Assembly (NCBI GenBank): GCA_051362555.1
Contig: CM120649.1
Location: forward strand, 16,072,567 to 16,136,566
Source of the DNA: Lingula anatina
Lineage: Eukaryota > Animalia > Brachiopoda
Direction: 5' to 3'
Length of the DNA: 64,000 nt
A model generated the notes under the pieces. That model worked only from the letters and a program-made list of their open reading frames with translations, ran no database searches and had not been told where the DNA came from. Positions 63,497-64,000 of the stretch are shown here, piece after piece. Within the stretch, counting starts at the first letter, position 1. Each line of letters opens with the position of its first letter. The position numbers and the translations under genes were made by a program.

Positions 63497-64000
63497 CTGA
63501 AAGAAATGATTTGTTTAAAAGATTAAATTTGATTAAAAGAAATGATTCAGTAAGTCTACCAGGATATGATTTAGGACAGGTGATAATATACTGAATTATG
63601 CTAAAAGGTAAACAATATTCCATGGGAGTAAACTTAATGAGAACGTGATAATTTTGATAAAGCTCACCTCTAATAATAGTTTAAGTTTTTTAAATAATTT
63701 AGTTGATAAGTTCAATACCAGTCACTCTGAAGGGGAAACATTTTTTTAGCATTCATGATCAGTAATAATTCATATAATACTGGGACCGACCCAACTAGCA
63801 CGATGTTTCTATCTATGTCTACAAATTTTGCAAAATTATTTATCTTTCCCAAATCAGACCTTAATACATAAACATACATATAAGAAGGTAAGATCGACAG
63901 TTCCTTAGTTATCAATATCCAATCATTGAATTAAAAATGGTATAAAACATTTACTACAAGTGCAAGGAAAAGTTGAACAATAATTCGTGGGAAGGAGAAA

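Noticed and set aside
63497-63623. N-terminal 42 aa of the 885-aa ORF
   Set aside because: AT-rich and intron-like, upstream of a good acceptor at 63497, so probably not coding.
1-64000. tRNA, rRNA, snoRNA or SECIS elements
   Set aside because: None recognisable by eye. A tRNAscan-SE/Infernal run would be needed to exclude them.

Overview
AT-rich, intron-rich metazoan genomic DNA. It is probably a lophotrochozoan or mollusc-like invertebrate (inferred from the ADEL/DUF3011-type lectin domain and a Helentron-HINE satellite). I spliced the genes by hand using GT-AG boundaries and phase checks. Six genes are supported: (1) a small spliced 106-aa orphan gene (+, ~6.1-17 kb) with a double-CRE promoter; (2) a 6-exon secreted PAN/Apple + 2x AbfB(CBM42)-like gene (-); (3) a 26-exon, ~2586-aa polycystin-1/REJ-family gene (-) with an unusual DUF3011/ADEL-like + C-type lectin N-terminus; (4) 16-exon UVRAG (-), containing an apparent U12-type minor intron; (5) LAMTOR4 (+), head-to-head with UVRAG across a promoter with CLEAR/M-box, YY1 and ETS motifs; (6) a 2.5-kb acidic Thr-rich tandem-repeat exon (-). 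The introns carry many non-autonomous DNA elements: a Helentron-type HINE holding a 146-bp satellite loaded with RORE/DR1 motifs, nested PIF/Harbinger elements, a RecQ-helicase-remnant TIR element, a long foldback and several MITEs. No CRISPR array or RNA gene was recognised. Most short ORFs in the supplied track are spurious.
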